A stretch of 64,000 nt of DNA, taken from positions 9,673-73,672 of the forward strand of contig JBDRCC010000006.1 of NCBI GenBank assembly GCA_043822065.1. The letters run 5' to 3'. Of this stretch, positions 1 to 10,902 are shown in pieces; the first letter of the stretch is position 1; each line of letters begins with the position of its first letter. The stretch comes from an archaeon (GTDB taxonomy: Archaea; Undinarchaeota; CAZHTU01; JBDRCC01). The notes beneath the pieces are model-generated. The model saw only the letters and a list, made by a program, of their open reading frames with translations. It searched no databases and was not told where the DNA came from. The position numbers were made by a program, and so were the translations under genes.

Positions 1-3000
1 GGCGCGACGACGAAGCCTACGATGTCGTAGTGGGCAACTTCAGCGGAACGCCGGTAATCTTTGCAGTTGGCACAACCGACCTCACGGCATTTATACAGGC
101 ATACACCTACTCCGGCGGCTCGCTTGTCGCGAAGAACTACGCCTTCCCAGATTTTTCAGCTGGCCGTGACGTCTTCCTCGCCGCTGCCGTTATGAATATC
201 CGGGGGGAGGATAAAATCGTCGTAACCGGCTACAGCGAGCCCTCGCCTGGCGCGTCAATCTATGACCTCCTTATCGCGGCATATTCGTATAACCTGACAA
301 CTGACACCATCACCGAGGACGGGCGGCTCACCCTAGACCGTGGCGGCACGGAAATTGGCAAGGGGATAGACTCCTTCACGCTTGGCGGCATGCCTATGCT
401 CGCAGTTACCGGGGGCGATGTCAACGTGAATACGAACCAGAGTGACATGGTAATCCGCGTTTTCTCATACCTGCACGGCTCGTTCACGCTCAAGACAATG
501 CTGCAGGAGAACCTCACCTCCTCTGACAGGGACATCGGCAGCGATATTCTCGCCTCAAATGACGGTGTCCTGAAATTCTTCGAGACAGGTGATATCTCCC
601 TATTCGACGGCGACATTTTTAAGGACAAGTATGCATACCGCCTCCACCTGTACAACTATTCCATCCCGCACTATGCCGGCACAACAATCAGGATTGGAAA
701 CGCCATCCTGAGCGACGGAAAGATGCTCGGCGACTTTGGGGCGACGCGGGTTTACAACCTCTCCCTGCCGCTGCTGGACTACGTGTCCTCCTCCGGCGCC
801 GCCTGCACCATGCTCTATTGCGACGTGCCGATTAACGTGACCAAGGGCATGGGCTACCGCGTGAACTTTGACACGCTGGCGATGGGCTACAACACGCCGC
901 CGGTTATCACTAGCCCCTCTGATTATGTGCTGTACGACAATGCGTGCGCCGGATTGCCGCTGGTCGTGCCAATAAACACTACTGACGTCGATGGCGACGC
1001 CATAACATTCAGCCTCGTTTTGGTATCCCCTCCTGCGCCGGTCGTAACCCTGAGCGAAACCGGCGTCCTGACGTTCCTTGCCCAGCCAGCGCAGGCAGGC
1101 ATATATACTATAATAGTGAGGGCAACGGACGAGCATGGCCTTTCTGACCCAGTCCTGTCCCAGCGGACGCTGACTTTCATGACTGGCGTGTGCCCCGGCC
1201 AAAGCGCCGGCAACTACACCTGCCCTAACTGCACAGGCGGCAACTCCAGCGGGTGGGGCGAGGGCGGCGTTGCCAACAACGAGACCATAGGCTACGGCTG
1301 CATCAAGCAGATATGCAGGTGGGACTACGCCGGCGGGGACTTCTGCATCTGCATGAACGACACGGACAGCTGCGTTCACGTGAACTCTACAGGCATGGCG
1401 CAGTTCTACCAGGAAACTGCCAGCGTGCCGCCTTTCCCGACCATCACTGCATTATGGTATGACGGCTACGAGCCAGACGATTTCGTGTGCCACGACGGCA
1501 GGTGGTCGGCCGACCCGCTGCATAACTTCGATACCTACGCCAGGGACTCGTTCCTCGCTGCAGGCTCTCACGAATCTGCAAGGATACTGGTCCCAAAAAA
1601 TGCCCTGCTAACGAATGCCACCCTCGACGTAAGGGTAGTTGCATGGTCTACCACAGGAGGGGAAAACCGAGTTGACTTGGATATCGGCTCGGACGGCGTG
1701 GTTGACTACTCAGTAGTCAAAAACAACCTAAACATCTCCAGCCGCCAGAGGCTTTACGTAACTCAGGTACTGCAAAACTACCTGGACAACATATGCGCCG
1801 CCGACCCCTGCACCATACCCCTGAACGTCACCATGCAGGACGCCGGCTATGTGGAATTCGATGTCAATTTCATAGAGTACAACCGCCCGCCGGTTATTGA
1901 TGCCCCCATACCCAACCAGACTGCGCTCGTAGGGGTGCCATTCCTGCTGAACCTTTTTGCTTACGACTACGAGGACAGTGCGACATTTGTTATGCGCACT
2001 GACCAGGAAGGCGTCGTAGGGCCGTTGTCCGCGTCGTGGGATTTCGCGGGCGACAGGTATTACCACAGCGGGCTGATAAGCTTCACGCCGGCGCTCGGCC
2101 AGAAGGGGGAATACGTTGTCTGGGTTACTGCCGAGGACAACCACCTGCGCAACGCCTCCTCAGACACCACAACATTCAACCTCAACATCGTGAGCGAAAC
2201 CATATGCAGCAGCGACGCCGACTGTGTGTCCGGCATCTGCAACTACGACTGGGACGGGCAGAAGTTCTGCTCAGACGCAAGGGATATATGCGTCACGAAC
2301 AATGACACTGCCAGCGTCATAAACATCTTCAAGGTCCCAAGCAAGTCTTATCCGCCATTTGCAACAAATGTTGCGGACGTTGACTATGGCACCCAAAACT
2401 ACGGCTATCCCTACGTGTGCTACAACGGCTGGTGGTCCGAGGACCCGTTCCAAAGCCAGCTGACCTTCAGTGACATCGGGTTTGCCTCCGCAGGCAGTGA
2501 CAACACCACCGCGGTGCTCATCCCGAGCGGGGTTCAGATTTTGGGGGCGATGATGGGCGTAGTGTCGAACGTAACCAGCGCGTCAATAAACTTTGGCGCG
2601 GACGGCACCACCGAGTTCACCGGCATTGCAGAGAATTATACCGAGCTTAACATAGCAGCTGCCCTGAACGCGTATCTTGCCTGCGCAGCCGCGGAATGTA
2701 CTATACCTATCGATGTGCAGAGCAGTTCCGGGGGTAACGTCATCCTCTATGCGCTCAGGGCAGAGTACAACCACCCGCCAGAGCTCCTGAACGTAGCAAA
2801 CCTCACCGCAGTGGTCAACCAGCCGTTTGCCTACCAGGTGCTGGCGTCTGACCCGGACGGGGACGCCCTGTCGTTCGACGACACTTCAAGCCTGCCTGCC
2901 AAGTACGGCGTCCTATCAAATGGCTCGTACGAATGGGCGAACACAGACCTCCAGGACGTCGGCACCTACAGCGTGAACATAACTGTTGTGGACCAGCACG

Positions 3001-6000
3001 GAATGCGCGCCAGTGCGGAGTTTACCCTCCGCATAACGAGCGACACGGTATGTGCGAAAGACACCGACTGCCTCTCAGGCTACTGCAGGAACGACTGGGA
3101 CGGCGACAAGTTCTGCGCCCTTAACGGCACGAAGTGCGTCTCCAACAACTACCACCAGCAGGGCGAGCTGGAGAACTTTGACAGCCAGGGGCTCTTCCCG
3201 GCGGATGCCGTGGATGCGGACATCGCTGGCTACCGCTGCAACATTGGCCACTGGTCGGAGGACCCCCTCGGGCACAACAGCGACACATTTGACAGCCACA
3301 CCTTCCCTTCGCCTGGCGACTACTCAGGCATTGCAATAAAACTGCCCCCCTACTCATCAATAATCAACAGCCCGCCGCCGGCAATCTGGACTGATTCTGA
3401 TGTCGCTGGAGCGATAACTATAGGCAACTACCTCCCGCACACAATCTCTGCAGGCTATCACGAGCATGCCATTGGCCCAGACCTGGCAGACTACCTCTCC
3501 CAAAACTGCGCGCCCGAAGCTTATTGCACTATACCCGTCACAGTGCACGCAAACGCGTCAGGGACAATCGACGTGGACAACCTGAAGATACGGCTGAACT
3601 GGCCCCCGTACTGGGACCCATACCCTCCTAACCTCACAACGGCTGAGGACACGCCAATATTTTTCCAAATTAATGCAGAGGACTTAAATGTAGGGGACAG
3701 CATAAGCTATTCGGCAAATAACTCGCAGGGGTTCCCGGATGCTGTGTGGTATGATAATGGCACAGAATGGACGCCGCCAGCTGACTTCTACGGCCCGTGG
3801 CGCCTAACCCTTTATGCCACAGACGGATATGCCCCGGTGCCCGCGTACATAACAATATACGTCACCCCAGTAAATGACTGCCCGGTTGTCGCCAACATAC
3901 CAAATGTCACCATCCTTGAGAGCAGCTTCAGCAATTCAACGACACTGGACAGCTATGTCACGGACCCCGACAACACAATGGACCAGATATCATGGGCTTA
4001 TTCAGGCAATGTGCACCTCAATGTTTCAATAGACCCGGCGGCGCCGAGGCGAGTCACGCTCGCGCCATTAACCCGCTGGAGCGACGAGTGGAACCCAGAA
4101 ACAATCACATTTACTGCATCCGACGGCGCCTGTTCATCAAACCAGAGCATCGGTGTGCGCGTGATACCTGTGAATTACATGCCAACTATCACAGACATCC
4201 CAGACGTCACGTTCTATGAGGATTCCTACAACGAAAGCATCCTTCTGGACGATTACATAGACGACCCCGAAACCCCCGACGCCCTGATAAGCTGGACTGC
4301 GAGCGGGGGCGTTTACGTGACACTTGGGCTGACTGCCTCCAGGTTTGCCCATATCAGCGCCACCCCCCACTGGAGCGGAACTGAAACATTAACACTGACG
4401 GCCACCGACGGGCAATACAACGTTTCTGACAGCCTTGCTGTAACCGTCCTGCCTGTAGATGATGCGCCAGTATTGCGGCCATATGGCGAGCAGACTGCCT
4501 ACATCCAGCGGGTGTTCCAGAGCTCTGTGGTGGCATTAGACCCGGATGTCCCGCCTGATGTACTTACTTTTACCGACAACACATCGCTATTTGTCATAAA
4601 CCCATCAACCGGCAGTATCTCCTTCACTCCGACGATGGAGCAGATGGGCAGCTATCCAGTCGAAATCTGCGTATCTGACTCTACGAACCTAACCGACTGC
4701 CTCCAGACAGTATTCCATATCAAGAGCAGCATACTCTGCGACCGAGACATGGACTGCGAGTCAGGCTACTGCAGGCAGGACATCGACGGCGAGAAGTACT
4801 GCGCCCACAACTCGACAGTCTGCGTCGTGGGCAACTACACCAGCGTCACTTTTGTTGGCTCCCAGCCGCTTTTCACAACCGACGTTTCAGACGGCGTTGG
4901 CGACCCGTATCGCTGCATAAACGGCTACTGGTCCCAGGACCCGTTCAAGTCATCCTCAACATCAAAGACGAAAGCATCAAGCATAACCTATGACCAGCTG
5001 GATCCGCAGTGGTTCTTCATGGAACGTGTGCTGAAGGAGGATGCAGGAACAATAATCGGGCCAACAGATTCGCACTTCGTAGACTTTGATGATTCCAACG
5101 GCGTAGATGTACTCTTTACAGACACTCTCGGCGGGGCAGTCACCCTTCTGCGGCAGGAGGGCATCAACAACAGAATTGCGAACTTCAGCGAGCGCACACT
5201 CTTTTTCGGGCTTGCCAATCCTTTCGGGCTAATGGCATGGAGCCATGAGTACGATGGTGACTATGATGACCTGCTGTTTGAGGAGATAAACTCAACCACC
5301 TTCCGCTGGTTTGAGAACACCGGCGACAACCAGAACTTCATCGAGCATGTAATCTCCGACAGCCTCACTTCGCCGGTAATCCCTGCCGACACGCACATAC
5401 AGCAGTTTGGCTCGACAGTGCGGTTTGTCACATTCCACCAGAACGGCGAGCTGGTCATTTGGGAGGGCAACCACCTCGCGAACAACACAATGGTTCCCCG
5501 CGTACTCATGTCGCTTGAGCCAGACCCGGCTGGATTGATGCGGAGAAACAACATATACCGCCTTGATTTCAATCATGCAGGCTCCCAGGATGATTATGTT
5601 GTTGCGAGGCAGAACAACATATCCTGGTATGAGAACGACGGCACGGACTCCTTCACTGAGCACCCAATTGCAGGAAGCGGGATCGTAGACGGAGTAGTCT
5701 ACGACATGGTCGTGACAGACTTCAACCTCGATAACAAATATGACGTAGTCTTTGCAACCGCGTCCAAGCTCGCGTGGTTGGAGAATGACGGGGACGGCAC
5801 CTTTACAACGCACCAGATTGCCACCCAAGGCCACAGCATGTACGGCATTCCAAAAAATATCGTTGTGCAGGATATACTGGGGCGGGCGATTTGTACCTCT
5901 TGTGCATACTACGACTTAGTCCTCGCGACTGACACCGCCTTATATCTCTACGCGAATGCTGACAATTCCATCTTCACCTCCTTCAAGATTACCGACTCGC

Positions 6001-9000
6001 ACCCGCCTGTGCTATCCTATGAAATAGACGCCATGCAGCTCGGGTCTAACTATGTTGACATTGGGATGACCTACTACTCGGAACACAAAGTCTCCGTTTG
6101 GGAGAACATGCGCCGCGAAGCCCTCCTTGGGGCTGGGGAGGCTACATCATTCCGAATTCCGAAGAATGCCTTGCTAACTTCGGCCAAGGTCGACGTGACA
6201 AGCACTGTGCAGTATGAGGGCCAGGGCAACAAGCCCCTGACTGCGGAAATCGACATAGGCGGCGACGGGCAGAATGTCTCCACGTGGACCGACCAGCTCA
6301 AAGGCCTGGACTTCACCCAGGCGAAGTCGCCCTGGACCATAGACTTCACTTCCGAGCTCCAGTCTATTCTAACCAATTGCACGGCAGACGCAGGCGTTTG
6401 CACAGTGCCTATAACTGTCTCAGCAGAGGGCGCTGGCGGGGTCGTGCTCGACAAGCTCAGGATTGTGTACGGCGCAAACCAGCCGCCATTTTTCCTGCCT
6501 ATCCAGGACCAGCTCCTTAATGTCGGAGAGCAGCTCACCCTCCTTGTCCATGCCGTCGATCCGGAGGGCAGCCAGGTGAACATAACCGACAACTCACCGC
6601 TGTTCAATGCCGAGATGCTGAACAAGACCACCGGCAGGATAGTCTTCAATGCGACACCTGAGCATGCTGGCGCTATCTATACTATTGGGCTGACCGCAAA
6701 AGACCCCGAGGGGCTGACTGCCACTGCATCCTTCAAGATAATCGTGGTTGCCCAGAACCGGCCGCCAGTGATAACCCCAATACTGGACCAGGTCGGATTC
6801 GAGAACGTCACCTTCCACTTGTTCGTGCTGGCCAGCGACCCGGACGGCGACCCGATAACCTTCGCAGACAACACTTCCCTCTTTGAAATCGGCGCCACAG
6901 GGCTTATCGAGTTCATCCCTCAGCGCGCCGATGTCGGCGAGCACTACATAATGGTAAGCGCCGCAGACCAGTACGGGCTGGCTGCATACGAGGACTTCAA
7001 GCTGACAATACGCAGGATAAACAATCCGCCGGTGCTCTCGCCGATACCGGACCTTGTTGCAGTTCCGGGGCAGGAGTTCTACTACAAGGTGACCGCAACC
7101 GACCCGGACGGCGACCCGCTGGCGTTTACCGACAACTCAACCATCTTTAACATATCTGCGGGCGGGATAATCAATTTCACTGCAACAGACGCCAACCTTG
7201 GCGAGCACCCGACGGAAATATCCGTTTCGGACGGCCAGTACTCCGACAAGGAGCAGTTCCGCCTCAAGGTGCAGAGCATCTCCTACTGCGTAAAGGACTC
7301 AGACTGCGTCTCCGGATACTGCAGGCATGACTGGGATGCTGAGAAGTTCTGCTCAGCCAACTCGACGGCATGCGTTTCCAACTATGAGACTGGGGCGGTA
7401 AAGAGCTACCCGAGCGGCTCGCTGTTCGACACGGACACTGCAGACAAGGATGGCGAGGGCTACAGGTGCAGTCTCGGCCACTGGTCAGAGGACCCGTTCT
7501 CCACCAAGGACACATTCTCCAAGATTGCCTTTAGCCATTCCGGGTATGACACGTCCACTCAGATAAAGCTGCCGCGCGGTGTTACGATAAGCGACGCCAG
7601 GCTGCTCACCGAGGCATACTCAGCGATGTCCATTGACGTAGGCGTAGACGGCACTGAGGAGTACACCAGCAGGTACGAAAACCTGATTGCGGGCTCTGGC
7701 GGGCAGTTTGGCTCAGCCCTTGCAGCAGCCGGCGACGTAAACCGGGACGGCTACGCAGACATACTAATCGGCGCAAGCCACGGCAACACTGCTTACCTCT
7801 ACTTCGGCTCGAAGACAGGTGCCACAGCCAAAGACTCAATCTCACTCACGAAGCTGTCCGGCTTCTTCGGCGCGTCAGTTGCTTCGGTCGGAGACATCGA
7901 CGGCAACAACCTCATAGACTTCATAGTCGGCGCACCTGGCAACAACTCCGCCTACATCTACCTGACGTATCCAAACCTAAGGTACAAGGACCACGAGTTC
8001 CGGCTAAGCGCCCAGACTGGGGACTTTGGCGCCGCAGTTTCCGGCGCAGGCGACGTGAACTCCGACAACTTCAAAGACTTCATTGTAGGCGCGCCTGCGG
8101 CAAACAAGGCGTATGTCTACTACGGCGTCTACAAGAGCGTAAGCACACAGCCAGCTGTCAATCTAACCGGTCCGGCAGGTTTCGGCTCAGCGCTTGCCGC
8201 GGCTGGGGACATAAACAATGACGGGTACGACGACATAGCCGTCAGCGCCCCAGATTCAAAGAAGGTCTTTATCTACTATGGCTCTTCCGCAGGAATACTC
8301 GCTGACTCCTACCAGGAACTTTCCGGCGAAGGGCTGTTCGGCTCGTCGGTGGCATCCGCAGGCGACGCCAACGGCGACGGATTCTCCGACCTAATCATCG
8401 GCGACCCGTTCTCGAACAAGGCATACATCTACTACGGCAACGCGACAATGCTTGCGCAGCCAACTATCCTCCAAAAGCTGTCCGGCTTCTTCGGAAGCAC
8501 GGTATTCAGCGCGGGCGACGTCAACAACGACGGCTACGGCGACGTAATCATCAGCGCATACCAGACTGAGAAGCTGTACGTATACTTCGGCAGCGCAAAT
8601 GGAATAGACCCATCCTCTGAAGTTATAATAGACAAGGCGACAATCGGCGCCTTCGGCGAGGCAATTTCGCCGGGCGGCGACATAAACTACGACGGCTTCG
8701 ACGACATAATATTCGGCTTCCCGCTCAACAATGAGGTTTATGTCTATTACCTGAACTCAGAGGGCGTGGACCTTGGCACCCCAATCGAAATAGTTGACAT
8801 AAAGGGCGCCCTCCAGGCCAATGTCGACTCCTGCTCGCAGGACGTATGTACTGTGCCTGTGAAGATTACTTCAGGCTTCCCGCGGAACGTCACTGTCGAC
8901 TCACTGCGCATTGTGTACTCCGTGCCTGGCGAAACCATTGTCATCGAGCAAAATGCAACTGCCAAACTGCCAGAGGGCGCAGGCTGCACAAGCCCTGAGA

Positions 9001-10511
9001 GCTGCCTGACTGGCACCTGCGTAATCTGCGGCAGCACTGGGCACTGCTCCGTCAGGAACTATCTTGTCGGGGACGGCTGCTGCCAGGCTGGCGAGGACGG
9101 GGCGAATTCTCCTGCCGACTGCTGCAAGACGGGGGACGGCGTCTGCACCTCCAACTGCCAGCTCTTCCAGGACTACGACTGCCTGGTCGCGGAGGAAGAG
9201 GAAGAGGTTTTCCAAAACGAGATACTCCTGCAATTTTCCTCGCTCCCAAAGGATGGCATCCGTTCCAAGGTGATAACCAAGAAGTACATTGACCTTACTT
9301 CATTCGCAATCGACGTGAGGAACGACCTTCAGGACGTTTCATTCAGGATAAAGTCCTACCGGGCGCTTGACGAGCCGTTCGTCAAGCCGGAGGGGATACC
9401 CGACGCCCCAGGCCTGGTCTACAGGTACTTCAGCATAACTCCATACGACATCGGCAACGCAGATATCGACACAATAGCTCTGACGCTGAAGGTTGCAAAG
9501 GACTGGATTGCTGCAAACAATATTGATGAGAGCAAAATAACCGTCTACGAATACGCCAACAGCTGGGTTCCGCTCACGACGGGCTACCTAACTTCCGACC
9601 TGAACTTTGCATATTACGCCACCTCCCTGGAGTCCCTCTCTTACTTTGCCATTTCCGGCGGGGAGCCAGGCATAACCGAGGCTGGCAAGGTGCCTGCCGA
9701 GGTCGACAAGGGCGCAAGGCTCACGCTTCCGATATTCTCCGTGCCGCGCGAAGCCAACATCCTTGAGATTTTCCCAGTCGACGTGCGCGTCGCCAATATC
9801 GAGGGCGCGACGCTCCAGGACATAAAGCTTGAGTTAGTGGCGCCTGACGGCTGGACTGTTTCAGAGCCGCAGACATTCCAGACGCTCTCGCCAGGCGACT
9901 TCATAGACACCAGGTTCAAGGTTGCGAGCAAGGTATACGAGGCGCAGACTCCAGTGTCATTGACTTTCCTGATGACCTCCGGCGGCGAAACCGTGCTTAC
10001 AAAGGAGGTTGAGCTCCAGGTGAATGTGCCTGACTTCCTGGTCGTGCCAGACCCGAAGATTCTCCTGGAAGGCAAGGGTCAGCTGAGGGTGTACACAATA
10101 ATCAACAGCGACAGGTATGAGGGCGAGGACCTGTCCATTGAAATGAACCTCAACGACCGCGGCAGCACAATCCTGACTGACGTGTACCGCCCGCAGGTAA
10201 CCAAGGGCCTGACAATCAAGTACCAGGACTACTCCCTCACAACTCCGCTGGAAGACAAGGACTACAAGGTCAAGGCAGTAATGTACCTCAGGGGCATACC
10301 TGTGGGCAGCTCCGAGACTTCCGTTGACCTGTCCAACATCGTGCCTGCGAAAGTTGCGATAAGCGCCCCGACGACAGTGCTTGTGGGTGTGTTTGCCGGA
10401 TTTGCTGTGCTGCTCTTGCTAGCATACGGTGCGATGAAGCGCGGCTACCTTGACAAACTCATTGCGTCATTTGGCAGGCTCCGCGAGCTTAGGAAGCCGA
10501 TATACAGCTAA
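1..10511 (+). CDS. Giant cell-surface adhesin-like (glyco)protein, 5' end cut by the window edge (>3,500 aa)
   Basis: The frame is open from nt 3 (RDDEAYDVVV-GNFSG, an FG-GAP-like blade), so the GTG at 30 is probably not the start. Stop is TAA at 10509-10511. It contains five Cys-rich modules (C-x2-D-x-DC-x-SGYC...HWSEDP) and cadherin/Ig-like PPxI...DPDGD...F.D domains. It also has W-x-EN-x-GD VCBS-like repeats (~5.0-5.9 kb) and seven integrin-type FG-GAP/DxNxDGxxD repeats (~7.70-8.72 kb). A region resembling PGF-pre-PGF lies at ~9.28-9.66 kb, and a C-terminal TM helix plus KRG at ~10.36-10.45 kb. N-x-S/T sequons are very frequent. Confidence 0.85.
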   Translation, partial: RDDEAYDVVVGNFSGTPVIFAVGTTDLTAFIQAYTYSGGSLVAKNYAFPDFSAGRDVFLAAAVMNIRGEDKIVVTGYSEPSPGASIYDLLIAAYSYNLTTDTITEDGRLTLDRGGTEIGKGIDSFTLGGMPMLAVTGGDVNVNTNQSDMVIRVFSYLHGSFTLKTMLQENLTSSDRDIGSDILASNDGVLKFFETGDISLFDGDIFKDKYAYRLHLYNYSIPHYAGTTIRIGNAILSDGKMLGDFGATRVYNLSLPLLDYVSSSGAACTMLYCDVPINVTKGMGYRVNFDTLAMGYNTPPVITSPSDYVLYDNACAGLPLVVPINTTDVDGDAITFSLVLVSPPAPVVTLSETGVLTFLAQPAQAGIYTIIVRATDEHGLSDPVLSQRTLTFMTGVCPGQSAGNYTCPNCTGGNSSGWGEGGVANNETIGYGCIKQICRWDYAGGDFCICMNDTDSCVHVNSTGMAQFYQETASVPPFPTITALWYDGYEPDDFVCHDGRWSADPLHNFDTYARDSFLAAGSHESARILVPKNALLTNATLDVRVVAWSTTGGENRVDLDIGSDGVVDYSVVKNNLNISSRQRLYVTQVLQNYLDNICAADPCTIPLNVTMQDAGYVEFDVNFIEYNRPPVIDAPIPNQTALVGVPFLLNLFAYDYEDSATFVMRTDQEGVVGPLSASWDFAGDRYYHSGLISFTPALGQKGEYVVWVTAEDNHLRNASSDTTTFNLNIVSETICSSDADCVSGICNYDWDGQKFCSDARDICVTNNDTASVINIFKVPSKSYPPFATNVADVDYGTQNYGYPYVCYNGWWSEDPFQSQLTFSDIGFASAGSDNTTAVLIPSGVQILGAMMGVVSNVTSASINFGADGTTEFTGIAENYTELNIAAALNAYLACAAAECTIPIDVQSSSGGNVILYALRAEYNHPPELLNVANLTAVVNQPFAYQVLASDPDGDALSFDDTSSLPAKYGVLSNGSYEWANTDLQDVGTYSVNITVVDQHGMRASAEFTLRITSDTVCAKDTDCLSGYCRNDWDGDKFCALNGTKCVSNNYHQQGELENFDSQGLFPADAVDADIAGYRCNIGHWSEDPLGHNSDTFDSHTFPSPGDYSGIAIKLPPYSSIINSPPPAIWTDSDVAGAITIGNYLPHTISAGYHEHAIGPDLADYLSQNCAPEAYCTIPVTVHANASGTIDVDNLKIRLNWPPYWDPYPPNLTTAEDTPIFFQINAEDLNVGDSISYSANNSQGFPDAVWYDNGTEWTPPADFYGPWRLTLYATDGYAPVPAYITIYVTPVNDCPVVANIPNVTILESSFSNSTTLDSYVTDPDNTMDQISWAYSGNVHLNVSIDPAAPRRVTLAPLTRWSDEWNPETITFTASDGACSSNQSIGVRVIPVNYMPTITDIPDVTFYEDSYNESILLDDYIDDPETPDALISWTASGGVYVTLGLTASRFAHISATPHWSGTETLTLTATDGQYNVSDSLAVTVLPVDDAPVLRPYGEQTAYIQRVFQSSVVALDPDVPPDVLTFTDNTSLFVINPSTGSISFTPTMEQMGSYPVEICVSDSTNLTDCLQTVFHIKSSILCDRDMDCESGYCRQDIDGEKYCAHNSTVCVVGNYTSVTFVGSQPLFTTDVSDGVGDPYRCINGYWSQDPFKSSSTSKTKASSITYDQLDPQWFFMERVLKEDAGTIIGPTDSHFVDFDDSNGVDVLFTDTLGGAVTLLRQEGINNRIANFSERTLFFGLANPFGLMAWSHEYDGDYDDLLFEEINSTTFRWFENTGDNQNFIEHVISDSLTSPVIPADTHIQQFGSTVRFVTFHQNGELVIWEGNHLANNTMVPRVLMSLEPDPAGLMRRNNIYRLDFNHAGSQDDYVVARQNNISWYENDGTDSFTEHPIAGSGIVDGVVYDMVVTDFNLDNKYDVVFATASKLAWLENDGDGTFTTHQIATQGHSMYGIPKNIVVQDILGRAICTSCAYYDLVLATDTALYLYANADNSIFTSFKITDSHPPVLSYEIDAMQLGSNYVDIGMTYYSEHKVSVWENMRREALLGAGEATSFRIPKNALLTSAKVDVTSTVQYEGQGNKPLTAEIDIGGDGQNVSTWTDQLKGLDFTQAKSPWTIDFTSELQSILTNCTADAGVCTVPITVSAEGAGGVVLDKLRIVYGANQPPFFLPIQDQLLNVGEQLTLLVHAVDPEGSQVNITDNSPLFNAEMLNKTTGRIVFNATPEHAGAIYTIGLTAKDPEGLTATASFKIIVVAQNRPPVITPILDQVGFENVTFHLFVLASDPDGDPITFADNTSLFEIGATGLIEFIPQRADVGEHYIMVSAADQYGLAAYEDFKLTIRRINNPPVLSPIPDLVAVPGQEFYYKVTATDPDGDPLAFTDNSTIFNISAGGIINFTATDANLGEHPTEISVSDGQYSDKEQFRLKVQSISYCVKDSDCVSGYCRHDWDAEKFCSANSTACVSNYETGAVKSYPSGSLFDTDTADKDGEGYRCSLGHWSEDPFSTKDTFSKIAFSHSGYDTSTQIKLPRGVTISDARLLTEAYSAMSIDVGVDGTEEYTSRYENLIAGSGGQFGSALAAAGDVNRDGYADILIGASHGNTAYLYFGSKTGATAKDSISLTKLSGFFGASVASVGDIDGNNLIDFIVGAPGNNSAYIYLTYPNLRYKDHEFRLSAQTGDFGAAVSGAGDVNSDNFKDFIVGAPAANKAYVYYGVYKSVSTQPAVNLTGPAGFGSALAAAGDINNDGYDDIAVSAPDSKKVFIYYGSSAGILADSYQELSGEGLFGSSVASAGDANGDGFSDLIIGDPFSNKAYIYYGNATMLAQPTILQKLSGFFGSTVFSAGDVNNDGYGDVIISAYQTEKLYVYFGSANGIDPSSEVIIDKATIGAFGEAISPGGDINYDGFDDIIFGFPLNNEVYVYYLNSEGVDLGTPIEIVDIKGALQANVDSCSQDVCTVPVKITSGFPRNVTVDSLRIVYSVPGETIVIEQNATAKLPEGAGCTSPESCLTGTCVICGSTGHCSVRNYLVGDGCCQAGEDGANSPADCCKTGDGVCTSNCQLFQDYDCLVAEEEEEVFQNEILLQFSSLPKDGIRSKVITKKYIDLTSFAIDVRNDLQDVSFRIKSYRALDEPFVKPEGIPDAPGLVYRYFSITPYDIGNADIDTIALTLKVAKDWIAANNIDESKITVYEYANSWVPLTTGYLTSDLNFAYYATSLESLSYFAISGGEPGITEAGKVPAEVDKGARLTLPIFSVPREANILEIFPVDVRVANIEGATLQDIKLELVAPDGWTVSEPQTFQTLSPGDFIDTRFKVASKVYEAQTPVSLTFLMTSGGETVLTKEVELQVNVPDFLVVPDPKILLEGKGQLRVYTIINSDRYEGEDLSIEMNLNDRGSTILTDVYRPQVTKGLTIKYQDYSLTTPLEDKDYKVKAVMYLRGIPVGSSETSVDLSNIVPAKVAISAPTTVLVGVFAGFAVLLLLAYGAMKRGYLDKLIASFGRLRELRKPIYS

Positions 10512-10569
10512 GAAACCAGGCTGAAACCAAAAGATTATATACTGTCTTTCTATATATCCCTCGAGGAAT

Positions 10570-10836
10570 ATGGTATACGTCTTTGGCATAGATATGCCCA
10601 TAATGGAGCTACTTCTTGTATATGCTGTCCTCTCTGGGATAAGCCTTCTTGTGCTTGTGTATGAGATCTTCAAGCTGAAATCCCTGCTGCTTACCGAGAA
10701 GAAGGCGCTGACCGAGTTTGAGACGGATATAAACCGGTTTGAAGCCGAGGAAAAGAAGCTAGAGGAAGAGGAAAGAAAGCTTGCAGAGGAAGAGGCAAGG
10801 CTTGCCCAGGACGAAGCCGCCCTTGAAGAGGCTTAA
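10570..10836 (+). CDS. Small membrane-anchored coiled-coil protein (88 aa), function unknown
   Basis: N-terminal hydrophobic helix (LLLVYAVLSGISLLVLVY) followed by an E/K/A-rich heptad-like tail. It lies directly 3' of the giant gene. Confidence 0.45.
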   Translation: MVYVFGIDMPIMELLLVYAVLSGISLLVLVYEIFKLKSLLLTEKKALTEFETDINRFEAEEKKLEEEERKLAEEEARLAQDEAALEEA

Positions 10837-10902
10837 GCCTAGCTGCTTTGGCAGTCCAACCCAGAAGCAAAATTAAATAAAGCCATCTAGCATTCCTCCG
10901 TT

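Noticed and set aside
10365-10445. C-terminal anchor of the giant protein as a bona fide PGF-CTERM archaeosortase signal
   Set aside because: The helix reads ...VFAGFAVLLLLAYGAMKRG, with AGF rather than PGF. The preceding Thr/Ser-rich linker typical of PGF-CTERM is not obvious. I report it only as a TM anchor.
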